NCBI RefSeq assembly: GCF_028368995.1
Contig: NZ_JAQNDL010000001.1
Location: 3,648,001 to 3,712,000 of the forward strand
DNA length: 64,000 nucleotides
Source: Nannocystis bainbridge
GTDB lineage: Bacteria > Myxococcota_A > Polyangia > Nannocystales > Nannocystaceae
Reading direction: 5' to 3'
Numbering within the stretch: position 1 is the first letter of the stretch; every line of letters begins with the position of its first letter. Both the position numbers and the translations under genes were made by a program. Below the pieces are notes generated by a model that was given only the letters and a program-made list of their open reading frames with translations, had not been told where the DNA came from and did not search any database. Below are positions 50,457-59,914 of the stretch, one piece after another.

Positions 50457-52340
50457 ATGCCCATTCGCAGCGCGCTCCCGACTTCCTTGGCCTTGCTGGT
50501 CGCCTGCGGCGACGCGGCCGTGACGACCACCGAGACCGGCACCGGCACCGACACCTCGAGCGGCACCACCGACGGCACTGACGCGACGACCGCGATCACC
50601 GGGACCACCGTCACGCCGACCACCGGCGAGCCGACGACCACCACCGGTGATACCGCCACGACCACCACCGGTGACTCGACCACCACCGAAGACACCGCCA
50701 CGACCACCGGCGAGCCGGTCGACACCACGACCACGACCTCGACCTCGACCGGCCCCGACACCACCACCGATCCGGGTGAGACCACCACCACCGGCGACCT
50801 GCCGCCGGACCTCGACGCGCTGCTGGTCGGCCTCGACGGCGGCGTGCGGCTCGACTGGCTCGGCGAGGGTGACGGCGGCATCGAGCACAGCACCTACTGG
50901 GCGCTCGTGAAGGGCAGCGCCGAGTACAACGCCCTGCCGCCGGCCGAGCAGAAGAAGGTCGACCTGATGAAGGCCAGCGTGCTGCACAGCGCGCAGCGGG
51001 TGCCCACCAGCCAGACCCCGGGAGTCGAGATCACCGGCGCGTTGACGATCGACGCGCGCACGCAGGAGATCGTGCTGGCAGTGCCGACCGACTACAACGG
51101 GCGGCTGGTGGTGCTCGGCACCCCGGGCACGCGCGACCAGTGGTCGAGCCATGGCGTGCTGCTCTCGTGGCTGGTGGCTCGCGGCTACGCGGTGGTCGTC
51201 GGCAACAAGGGCATGACCAATGGCGGCGTCGACGGCAACGCGACCATGCTCAACAAGCAGCACCCGTCGCAGCACTGGGGCGCCATGCTGATCGACCTCG
51301 GGCAGTGGGCCGGCGACCGCCTGACCGCCGCGCATGGTGAAGCGCCCACGGCGATCTACGCCGCCGGCCTGTCGAACGGCGCCTACCAGGTCCGCCGCGC
51401 GCTCGAGCTCGATCGCCTGCGCGTGCTGGAGGGCGAGGCTGCCGTGTTCGCCGGCGGACTCGACTGGGCCGGCGTCTACTGGCCCGACGCGCGCGTGCTC
51501 GACACCGACGCCGACGACACCGTCACGCCGGCCGAGCTGGCCGCCGGCGACCACCTCATCCGCACCAACGAGGCCGCCGCCATGACCATGCGCTACGCCT
51601 ACGATCCGCAGACCGAGACCACCCCCGCCAACTACGCCCAGATCCCGCCCTACCCGAACGCCCAGGCTGCCATGCAGGCCGGCGGCTTCGACCCGGCCTC
51701 GGCGCCGATCTGGGGCGCCTACAACACCGCCTTCGACTACCTCAAGGGCTTCGGCCTGCCGCAGTTCAAGGGCGTCGGCTACTACAACTTCACCGGCTAC
51801 GTGTTCCGCGCCGAGCTGATGGGCCACGACGCTACCGAGGCCGCCGCCTACTCCTGCTACACCGGCCCCAACGACGCGCCGCCGGCCATGTACGCCTGGC
51901 TCGCGCAGGCGCAGGACGCCGGCTTCACCGCCGAACACGTGACGTGGGCCCTCGCCAACGCGACCACCGGCGAGTTCTCGGTCCCGCTGATCAGCGTGCA
52001 CGGCGACGCCGACGGCCTCAACGCATTCGCCGTGCACGCGCAGAGCTACCGCGCCGCGGTGGCGGCCTTCGGCACCCCGTCGCAGCACCGCCTCTACGTC
52101 GTGTCGCACGGCGGTCACGTCGACGCGCACAGCGACGGCCTCGGCCTCGACTTCGATTTCGACGGCACGATCGGCGAGGAGGGCGCAGCCGACCGCTTCG
52201 TGTTGATGCAGCCCTACGCCGAGCGCGCCTTCCTCTACCTGGTCGACTGGGTCGAGAACCAGGTCCCCGCGCCGGCCGGCAAGACGCTGGCGACCGACCC
52301 GGCCAGCGACGTCCTCGACGCCGAGTCGCTGGCGTTCTGA
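50457..52340 (+). CDS. Lipoprotein alpha/beta hydrolase (tannase / 3HB-oligomer-hydrolase-like) with Thr-rich linker
   Basis: LVAC lipobox; YNGRLVV.G.PG, GLSNG, VHGDAD, GGHVD. Confidence 0.75.
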   Translation: MPIRSALPTSLALLVACGDAAVTTTETGTGTDTSSGTTDGTDATTAITGTTVTPTTGEPTTTTGDTATTTTGDSTTTEDTATTTGEPVDTTTTTSTSTGPDTTTDPGETTTTGDLPPDLDALLVGLDGGVRLDWLGEGDGGIEHSTYWALVKGSAEYNALPPAEQKKVDLMKASVLHSAQRVPTSQTPGVEITGALTIDARTQEIVLAVPTDYNGRLVVLGTPGTRDQWSSHGVLLSWLVARGYAVVVGNKGMTNGGVDGNATMLNKQHPSQHWGAMLIDLGQWAGDRLTAAHGEAPTAIYAAGLSNGAYQVRRALELDRLRVLEGEAAVFAGGLDWAGVYWPDARVLDTDADDTVTPAELAAGDHLIRTNEAAAMTMRYAYDPQTETTPANYAQIPPYPNAQAAMQAGGFDPASAPIWGAYNTAFDYLKGFGLPQFKGVGYYNFTGYVFRAELMGHDATEAAAYSCYTGPNDAPPAMYAWLAQAQDAGFTAEHVTWALANATTGEFSVPLISVHGDADGLNAFAVHAQSYRAAVAAFGTPSQHRLYVVSHGGHVDAHSDGLGLDFDFDGTIGEEGAADRFVLMQPYAERAFLYLVDWVENQVPAPAGKTLATDPASDVLDAESLAF

Positions 52341-52440
52341 CAGCAATCTCGCAGCAGCTCGAGCCGCGCTCCGAGCGAGCATCTGCTTCGCCTCGTCCCC
52401 GCCGAAGAGGCGGCAGCCAACGAGACGACTGTCGAGGCCG

Positions 52441-52740
52441 CCCTCGACGAGGCGACCCTCGACGAGGCGACCCTCGACGAGGCGACCCTCGACGAGGCGG
52501 CTCTCGGCGAGGCGACCCTCGACGAGGCGACCCTCGACGAGGCGACCCTCGACGAGGCGACCCTCGACGAGGCGACTCTCGACGAGGCGACCCTCGACGA
52601 GGCGCCCCTCGACAAGACGGCCCTCGACAAGGCGGCCCTCGACGAGGCGACCCTCGACGAGGCGGTCCCCGACGAGGCGACCCTCGACGAGGCGACCCTC
52701 GACGAGGCGACCCTCGACGAGTTGACCCTCGACGAGGCGG
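52441..52740. repeat. 15-bp VNTR, 20 copies (ccctcgacgaggcga)
   Basis: Direct count; each unit contains the palindrome cctcg-a-cgagg. Confidence 0.97.
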
Positions 52741-52959
52741 CCGTCGACTCGCAGCGAGCCCCACGAAACACGCCGTGACGCGCGCAGCACGAAGCTGCGG
52801 CCCCCACAGGCTCCGAGCAGCCTGCGCTCTGCGAGGCGCCCGCTCTCCCGCTCGATCGCGCGGAGGCGCCTCGCGTCGTCATGATGCTGCGTAGCGTGAG
52901 TCACTGCCAGCGGCACAGGCATCGGCGCGCGTCGCAGCATGTTTCCGCCGGGTTCGAAA

Positions 52960-54303
52960 TCAGGGGCAGCTCACCGCCCCCGGCACCTTCGCCGGGTCGG
53001 CGTACCACTTGCTGTCGCTGCCCTGGTACAGCGGGAACGCCGTCGACATGCCGTACTTGGCGAACAGCGAGGTATACGTCGCGTCCGCCACGCCGAAGCC
53101 GTGCGGGTAGCTGGTGAAGCGCGACAGGTGCCCGGTGATCGTAGCCGTCACCGCCTGCACGTACGGCGTCGACGGCGTGCACGGAGCCTCGCCAGTGTCG
53201 CCACTGCCGGTGTCACCATTCCCGGTCTCGCCGCTGCCCGTGTCATCGCCGCCGGTCTCGCCGCCGGTCTCGCTGCCGGTGTCACCATTCCCGGTCTCAC
53301 CGTCCCCGGTCTCACCGGTCCCGGTCTCGCCGTTCCCGCCGCAGTCGGCGCAGATCCGGCGATTGTGCGTACTGAAGAAATCAGCGAGGTACCACGCGTA
53401 GTTGACGTGCTTCGGCGACACGTACGACTTGTCGGCCCCGGCGCCGCTGCCGGCCGGCCACGCGTGGGCCAGGCCCGTCGCGCGGATCTGCGACACCCGC
53501 GGCCCCTCGGCGTCGGCCCACAAGAGCCCCGTCCCGGCCGGCTGATAGCCCTCGAGGTCGGCCACGCTGAAGCCGCCCGCCGAGGACGCCCCGTACAGCT
53601 GCGCCATCACGGCCGCGTTGAGGTCGGCGTAGCCCTGCGCCACCACGTAGTCGCCGGTCCCCGCCAGCACCGACGTCAGCTGGGTCTGGAGCGCCCCCGC
53701 GTTCGACCCGGCCAGGCTCGTGCACAGCGACTTGGCCGCCTGCTGCGTCGTCGACACCTTGCCGATCTGCGACGAGCTGGTGCCGATCGTCGGGCCGGCG
53801 TCGATCCCCACCCCCGCGAACACGTCGGGCGCCACGCAGCCCATCACCATCGCCATGCCGCCGCCCGAAGACAGCCCGGCCACGTAGACCTGGGCCGGGT
53901 CGACATCGAGCGCCGCGTCGGCCTTGAGGTTGGCCGCCAGTTGCAGCAGCGCCCCCGCGTGGCCCTGCGTGCGCGAGTGATTGCCGCCGAAGTAATCCCA
54001 ACAGCCCAGCAGCACCCCGCCGTTCGGCGCGCTCGGGACCGCCACCACCATCCCGTACGCCTCGGCCGCGCTGGCCCAGTTGCCGAGGTCGCGGAACACC
54101 GTCGCCGACTGTGAGCACCCGTGCAGCGCGATCAGCAGGCCGCGGCCCTCGCCGACCACCCCCGCGGTCGCCGGCGTGTACACGTGGGTCGTCATCCCGG
54201 CGACGCTGCGCGAGGTCCATACCCCATTCGCGGCCGCGGGCGTCGGGCCCGCGAGCATACCGACGATAAGGGCGGTGACGAAGATCGGTGCGAATCGCTG
54301 CAT
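52960..54303 (-). CDS. Secreted PHB-depolymerase-family esterase
   Basis: Signal peptide, ALHGCSQ, CWDYF, GLSSGG lipase box, HAWP; GETG-repeat linker and small C-terminal domain. Confidence 0.85.
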   Translation of the reverse strand: MQRFAPIFVTALIVGMLAGPTPAAANGVWTSRSVAGMTTHVYTPATAGVVGEGRGLLIALHGCSQSATVFRDLGNWASAAEAYGMVVAVPSAPNGGVLLGCWDYFGGNHSRTQGHAGALLQLAANLKADAALDVDPAQVYVAGLSSGGGMAMVMGCVAPDVFAGVGIDAGPTIGTSSSQIGKVSTTQQAAKSLCTSLAGSNAGALQTQLTSVLAGTGDYVVAQGYADLNAAVMAQLYGASSAGGFSVADLEGYQPAGTGLLWADAEGPRVSQIRATGLAHAWPAGSGAGADKSYVSPKHVNYAWYLADFFSTHNRRICADCGGNGETGTGETGDGETGNGDTGSETGGETGGDDTGSGETGNGDTGSGDTGEAPCTPSTPYVQAVTATITGHLSRFTSYPHGFGVADATYTSLFAKYGMSTAFPLYQGSDSKWYADPAKVPGAVSCP

Positions 54304-54325
54304 GGTCGTGTCCTTCGCTGTGGCG

Positions 54326-55114
54326 TTATTGTGCGGTCCAGGCCCCGTCCATCGTCCAGGCGACGCCGCGGACCTGCGCGGCCGCGTCGCTGCTGAGGAA
54401 GCAGACCAGCTCGGCGAGCTGTTCGGGGGTCACGAATTGGCCGGAGGGCTGCTTCTCGGCCAGCAGCGCGTCACGGGCGTCGTCGAAGGCCAGGCCGCCG
54501 GAGACCGCCCGCGCCTCGACCTGCGCCTGCACCAGCGGCGTCAGCACCCAGCCGGGGCACACCGCGTTGCAGGTGATGTTGGTGCGCGCCGTCTCGAGCG
54601 CCACCACCTTCGTCAACCCGACCAGCCCGTGCTTGGCCGCCACGTACGCCGCCTTGTACGCCGACGCCACCAGCCCGTGCACCGACGCCACGTTGACGAT
54701 CCGGCCCCAGCCCGCGCGGCGCATCCGCGGCAGCGCCAGCCGCGTGGTGTGGAACGCCGAGCTGAGGTTGATCGCCAGCACCGCGTCCCACCGCTCCGGC
54801 GCGAATTCCTCGACCGGCGCCACGTGCTGGATCCCCGCGTTGTTGACGAGGATGTCGACCCCGCCGAACACATCGTCCGCGTAGCGCATCATCGCCTCGA
54901 CGTCGGCCGGCTGCGACACGTCGGCGGCGTGATGGGCCACCCGTCCGCCCACCGGCGCCGCCGCGTCGCGCACCACCGCGAGCGCCGCCTCGATGTCGCC
55001 GAAGCCGTTCAGCAGCACATTGGCGCCCCGCGCCGCCAGGGCCGCGGCGATGCCGAGGCCGATCCCGCTGGTCGAACCGGTGACGAGCGCCGTCTTGCCT
55101 GCGAACTGCGTCAT
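54326..55114 (-). CDS. bdhA: D-3-hydroxybutyrate dehydrogenase
   Basis: TGSTSGIG, NNAGIQHV, SVHGLVAS..KAAYVAAKHG, CPGWVLTPLV, EKQPS. Confidence 0.93.
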   Translation of the reverse strand: MTQFAGKTALVTGSTSGIGLGIAAALAARGANVLLNGFGDIEAALAVVRDAAAPVGGRVAHHAADVSQPADVEAMMRYADDVFGGVDILVNNAGIQHVAPVEEFAPERWDAVLAINLSSAFHTTRLALPRMRRAGWGRIVNVASVHGLVASAYKAAYVAAKHGLVGLTKVVALETARTNITCNAVCPGWVLTPLVQAQVEARAVSGGLAFDDARDALLAEKQPSGQFVTPEQLAELVCFLSSDAAAQVRGVAWTMDGAWTAQ

Positions 55115-56364
55115 GATCGCTGCCCTCCTGCGAATGCCGGGTCGTGCGCGCGGATGAATGCGCGGACCGCCGGGTAGATCGAGTTGCGCCAGCGCGCGCC
55201 AGAGAAGATCCCGTAGTGGCCAGCGCCCTCGGCCGTGAGCCGCTGCCTGGCGGCCTCGGGCACCCCGCGGCACAGCTCCTGCGCGGCATGGGTCTGGCCG
55301 GCGCCGGTGATGTCGTCCTCCGCGCCCTCGACGGTGAGCACCGCGGTGTCACGAATGTCGCCCGGGCGCACCCGCTCGCCGGCGACCTTCCAGGTGCCGC
55401 GGGCCAGGGCGTGCTCCTGAAACACCAGCCGCACCGTCTCGAGGTAATAGAGCGCGTCCATGTCGAGGACGGCGTTGTATTCGTCGTAGAAGCGCTCGTG
55501 CGCCGCCGCCTGCTCGTCGCGCCCGCGCACGCGGTCGAACCAGTAATCGCGGTAAGCCGCGAAGTGCCGGCGCGGGTTCATCGACACGAACGCGGCCAGC
55601 TGCAAAAACCCCGGGTACACCCGCCGGCCCTCGCCGGGGAAGCCGGCGGGCACGCGGTGCACGAGGTTCTTCTCGAACCACACCAGCGGCCGCTCGGTCG
55701 CCAGGCGATTGACCTGCGTGGGGTTGATGCGCCCGTCGATCGGTCCGCCCATCAAGGTCAGCGAGGCCGCGGTCTCCTCGCCCGCCGAGGCCATGCGGGC
55801 CACCGCGGCCAGGGCCGGGACGGCCGGCTGACAGACGGCGACGACATGGGTGCGCGCCGGGCCGAGCGCGCGCAAGAACCGCTCGAGGTGCAGCACGTAG
55901 TCGTCGAGCCCGAAGAAGCCGGCCGACAGCGGGACCTCGCGCGCGTCCGACCAGTCGGTGACGTAGACGTCGTGATCGGCCGACAGCGAGCGCACGGTGT
56001 CGCGCAGCAGGGTGGCGAAGTGCCCCGACAGCGGGGCGCACAGCAAGACGCGCGGATCGGCGTCGAGGCGCGCGGCCAGCTGAGGATCGTCGGCGTGGCG
56101 AGCGAAGCGTACGAGGCGACACCACGGGGTGTGGGCGACGACCTCCTCGCGGATGCGGACGGGCTGACCGTCGACCTCGACGCTGTCGATGCCGAAGGCG
56201 GGCCGCGGGTGATCCTTGATGATGCGCCGCAGCAATTCCCACCCGGCGGCGGCGGGCCGCCCGAGACCCCCGGGGGCCATGCGCAAGAGCTCCGCGTTGA
56301 CCCGGGAGAGGCCGGCGATCGGTCGCAGCCAGCGGCGCTGCAGGTGGTGGAGCTCGTAGAGCAT
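55111..56364 (-). CDS. phaZ: Intracellular-type polyhydroxyalkanoate depolymerase
   Basis: APLSGHFATLLR, VYVTDW, AVCQP, MGGPID, VYPGFLQL, EG.EDDI, GHYGIF. Confidence 0.93.
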   Translation of the reverse strand: MLYELHHLQRRWLRPIAGLSRVNAELLRMAPGGLGRPAAAGWELLRRIIKDHPRPAFGIDSVEVDGQPVRIREEVVAHTPWCRLVRFARHADDPQLAARLDADPRVLLCAPLSGHFATLLRDTVRSLSADHDVYVTDWSDAREVPLSAGFFGLDDYVLHLERFLRALGPARTHVVAVCQPAVPALAAVARMASAGEETAASLTLMGGPIDGRINPTQVNRLATERPLVWFEKNLVHRVPAGFPGEGRRVYPGFLQLAAFVSMNPRRHFAAYRDYWFDRVRGRDEQAAAHERFYDEYNAVLDMDALYYLETVRLVFQEHALARGTWKVAGERVRPGDIRDTAVLTVEGAEDDITGAGQTHAAQELCRGVPEAARQRLTAEGAGHYGIFSGARWRNSIYPAVRAFIRAHDPAFAGGQRS

Positions 56365-56498
56365 GCTGGGCGGCAGCATGCCCCGGACTTTGCTGCGCTG
56401 CAACATAGATTCCTTTAAATGGGCGGATTCCTGAGGCTGTCGAGCGGGGGGCATGTTGCGGCGCAGCAAATACTTCTGCGTGTGCAGGCGGGGCGCGG

Positions 56499-56590
56499 GC
56501 TCGAGCTTTCGAGGGCCCGGTACTCCTGCCGAGGAGTGCTCGAGCTGCCGAGGGGCTCGGTGCTCGAGCTGCCGAGGGGCCCGGTGTTCC
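56499..56590. repeat. 24-bp tandem repeat (2 copies plus a degenerate third)
   Basis: gtgctcgagctgccgagggg(c)(t/c)cg at 56536 and 56560. Confidence 0.7.
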
Positions 56591-57144
56591 TGCTTCGCGA
56601 ATTGCCGACAGCGCCTCGCGGGGGTCCGGGGAAGGGTCGCCCGCCTCGGCGCGGGCTCTACAGACGTGTCCCGAGGATCCGCGGGCGAGGTAAGCGTGCA
56701 GGCCAAAGCTTGGCAGCGAGGAGAATGGTGTGAGCATGGGTCACTCCGGACTGGCCCGGACACGAGCCATGGGATGAAGCTAAACGAGATGGATCCGCGG
56801 TGCCAGGATTTAAATGCATGCAACCGTGCTTGGGGCGCACCTGTTGTTATTGGTGATGCCCAACGATATTTGGTGAGAAAGCACGAATCGTCGGAGCTGG
56901 CGCGGCGCATGCGATTCGATACTCTGGTGCCGTGGCCAGGGCGACTCACATGTCCGAGACGGTGATGCCGAGGGGCGGCGGAGGAAGAACCGACTGCGCC
57001 CGGGCAGCGCCGCGTCTATCTCGGGGCGAGGCGAAGAGGTTGCCGCTGGATGCGGGCTGCACGGATGCGGCCGTCGTGGGCCCTCCCCCTGTCGTGGATT
57101 TGGTAGTCCACGAGAGAAGGACGGCACGACCGACGAGTCGCCGC

Positions 57145-58641
57145 TTACTCTGCTGGCGCCGGCTCGGCGGTCTCTTCGCCCTCTTGCCCGGGCTCGATCA
57201 CCCCGAGCGGCAGTCGGCGGTCTTCGACCGGGTCGGTGCCCCGGCGCACGCGCACCAGCGTGCCCGGGTCGCCGGCGTGCTCGAGCAGCGAGTTCCAGCC
57301 GGGGGGCACGTTCGGCGAGGTGGCCGCGTAGACGCGGGCGGCGTCCTTCGGCGACAGGTTGATGCAGCCGTGGCTGCGGCGCTTGCCGAAATCGTCGTGC
57401 CAGTACGAGGCGTGCAGGGCGTAGCGCCGGTGGAAATACTGCACCCACGGCACGCCCTCGACGAAGTACGGGTCCTCGGCGTTGGGGCCGCTGCGCATGG
57501 TGGCGACGGCCAGCTTCTCGTAGATGCGGAACAGGCCCGGCGGGGTGCCGGTGCCGCCGGCGCCGCTCGAGATCAGGGTGACGAACTCGGGCGATTGGCC
57601 GCGCATCACGGCCAATGTCTGCTGCCCGAGCTCGACGTCGATCCACACCTCGTCCGCGCGCGCCTCGGCCAGCGTGGGGCCGGGGATCCAATAGTTCATG
57701 TCAGCAGCGACGACGTAGGCATCGTTGCCCGGGCCCGCGCCGTCCGGCACGGCGTACCACGATTCCTCGCCGACGACGATCGGCGTCGGGTCGACGGCCA
57801 GCGATGCGTGGTACTCGACGGTGCCGACCTGCTTCGCGTTCGTGGCCGGAGCGTCGCGCAGCACCGCGGGGTGGCCGACGGCCCATGCGGGCCGGAGTCC
57901 GGACGCGACCGGCTCACGCGCGAGCTCGCGGCCGGCGAACAGGCTCGGCGCGGCGATCTTCATGTCGCGGGCCGGGGTGGCGCGCTCATCGGCGTCGATG
58001 AGCATCAGGCCGGCGCGCCGGGTCTTGGTGCGGAGGAAGGTGTACTGCCGATCGGGCTCGAGCCAGTCGATCGGCGGGTCGTTGCGGACCAGCGCGTAGC
58101 GGTCGAGGTAGCGCGGGACCCTGGCGATCGCGCCGGTCTTGCGGTCGAGGATCTTCGGCCGGGCGTAGATGAACGGCAACATCTGCTCCGCCGCGAGCTC
58201 CGGCTGGATCTGCGCCGGACCCTTGCTGGTACCCGCGTGCTCGAGGCACACGAAGCCGCCCTGCTCGACCCGCGCCCAGCCCTCGCCCTCGCAGCCCGGC
58301 CCGGGTTCGACGCCGAAGATGGCGAACGGCCGCCGCGGCTCGGTCCGCCCGCGACGCCCGCCGCGGCGGTTCGGCGCGGCGTAGACGAGCGCGCCCGAGC
58401 GCACGACCCGGTGACCGACCGGCGTGGCGGTCTCGACCGATCTCTCGCTCGGCGTCGGCCCGGCCACCGCCGGCTCCTCGACGGGGTCCGGCGATGCCTC
58501 GTCGCTCGCCGCCGGCTCGCTCTCCGACACCTCCGCCAGCCCAGCCGGCGGCGCCGAACAGGCCGCGAGCACGGCGCTCACGAGCGCGAAGCAGAAACCA
58601 GAGCGAAGGGGCGCCGGAACATCTCGCGGCGAGCGCGGCAT
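57145..58641 (-). CDS. L,D-transpeptidase (YkuD) lipoprotein
   Basis: LAAC lipobox; TPPG.F, ALHASYWH..FG...SHGCINLS. Confidence 0.93.
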   Translation of the reverse strand: MPRSPRDVPAPLRSGFCFALVSAVLAACSAPPAGLAEVSESEPAASDEASPDPVEEPAVAGPTPSERSVETATPVGHRVVRSGALVYAAPNRRGGRRGRTEPRRPFAIFGVEPGPGCEGEGWARVEQGGFVCLEHAGTSKGPAQIQPELAAEQMLPFIYARPKILDRKTGAIARVPRYLDRYALVRNDPPIDWLEPDRQYTFLRTKTRRAGLMLIDADERATPARDMKIAAPSLFAGRELAREPVASGLRPAWAVGHPAVLRDAPATNAKQVGTVEYHASLAVDPTPIVVGEESWYAVPDGAGPGNDAYVVAADMNYWIPGPTLAEARADEVWIDVELGQQTLAVMRGQSPEFVTLISSGAGGTGTPPGLFRIYEKLAVATMRSGPNAEDPYFVEGVPWVQYFHRRYALHASYWHDDFGKRRSHGCINLSPKDAARVYAATSPNVPPGWNSLLEHAGDPGTLVRVRRGTDPVEDRRLPLGVIEPGQEGEETAEPAPAE

Positions 58642-59076
58642 ACGACCGCATTGTCCTCCTGCGCGAGGGTGCGGGCAAATAACGAGCGCGCCGCCTCTAA
58701 CCGGGTCTGCCCGCCGCGTGCGAGTCCGCCGATGCCCACCTCCGAGACTGCGGCGCCTCGTCCGCGGTCCGACCTCCGCCCCGCGGGTCCACCGATGTCG
58801 GTCGGCGGAACTTGCGCCACTCGCGTTTTCGCGCCGTGGCTTTCAGGCCAGGCCGCATTCTCGACTCTGGGGAGTGCCATGATTTGGCGAGTGCCAGGAT
58901 TGGCGCGGTACGCCGAGAATGATGTTACTCGACGTACTCCGTTCGACAGCCGCAACCATCGCCATGCGGGTGTCGAGGGTCGGCGTTCGCTGCGAGATCG
59001 AAGTCGCGAGTTCGTGGAGCATCCAGGCGCCGATCATCCGCACAGCTCCCGATCGTGCGCCCACGCAGCTCGCCGA

Positions 59077-59589
59077 TCACCCGGGCTCGCGGATCCACGC
59101 TCGTACGGCCGCGTCGTAAGCAGCCTGCTTCTGCTCGAGCAGCGCCAGCGCGTCCGCGAGGCTGTCGCGGCACTGCTCCTGATAGGCCTCCGCGTTCAGG
59201 CTCATCAGCGCGGCGCGGCAGGCGTCGCCGACGACGATCGCCACGGGCGAGTGGATCCTGGCGCCGGCGTGCCAGCGCCCCAGCCCGAAGATCCACTCCA
59301 TCTCGTCGCCCCACGAGTACGACAGCTCGCGCAGGTCGACGACGAGGCCGCTCGCGCTCCAGGCGGCGAGCGCCATCTTCACGACGGCCGTGATGTAGAG
59401 GGCGTCCGGCTGCCCCTGCGAGCCAGAGCGGTAGGCCCCGCGGAACCGGACGATCACGAACTCCCGGCCCGAGCGCGCCCCGTCGTCGGGCACGAGGACC
59501 TCGCTCTCGAGCGCGCTCAGGTCGGTGAGCCGGACCTCTCGCAGCGCCAAGCCGTCCAGCACGACGGACCTCATCGGCTCGCTCCGCAT
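59077..59589 (-). CDS. Hypothetical protein
   Basis: Globular-looking ORF (G.YR.GS.G..DA, VDLREL.Y.WGDE), weakly STAS-like. Confidence 0.65.
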   Translation of the reverse strand: MRSEPMRSVVLDGLALREVRLTDLSALESEVLVPDDGARSGREFVIVRFRGAYRSGSQGQPDALYITAVVKMALAAWSASGLVVDLRELSYSWGDEMEWIFGLGRWHAGARIHSPVAIVVGDACRAALMSLNAEAYQEQCRDSLADALALLEQKQAAYDAAVRAWIREPG

Positions 59590-59594
59590 GATGC

Positions 59595-59622
59595 TGTCCC
59601 CCAGGACATGTCCGGAGAGACC
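59595..59622. repeat. TGTC-N6-GACA array (2 units)
   Basis: tgtc-ccccag-gaca-tgtc-cggaga-gacc. Confidence 0.75.
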
Positions 59623-59914
59623 GGGGCCGGGGGTGCCTCACTCACGAAGACCTGCGATCGCACGCGCTTCACGGGTCACCGACAGTGCCAAACGGAGCCA
59701 CACGCCGCAAGGCGATCGAGCCGGCGACCCGCTCGACCCTCGTCGCCCTCGGCGGTCCGCAGCGCTCGCAGATCCTTCGCGCCGCGAGGGCGCTGCGCGA
59801 GCCCCTGCCCCACGGGGGTCCAACCCGGCCATGAACGGTGTTCTGGACCCGATCACGAGCCCTCCCACGGACTGGCGTCGGGCGGTCCTTTCGGCTACGG
59901 TCCCGCTCGCCGGC

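Noticed and set aside
50520-50800. Thr/Gly-rich low-complexity repeats (also the GETG linker at ~53190-53340)
   Set aside because: Ordinary flexible linkers of myxobacterial exported proteins
52338-52400. Selenocysteine recoding of the TGA
   Set aside because: Position is not a catalytic Cys equivalent and no convincing SECIS is seen
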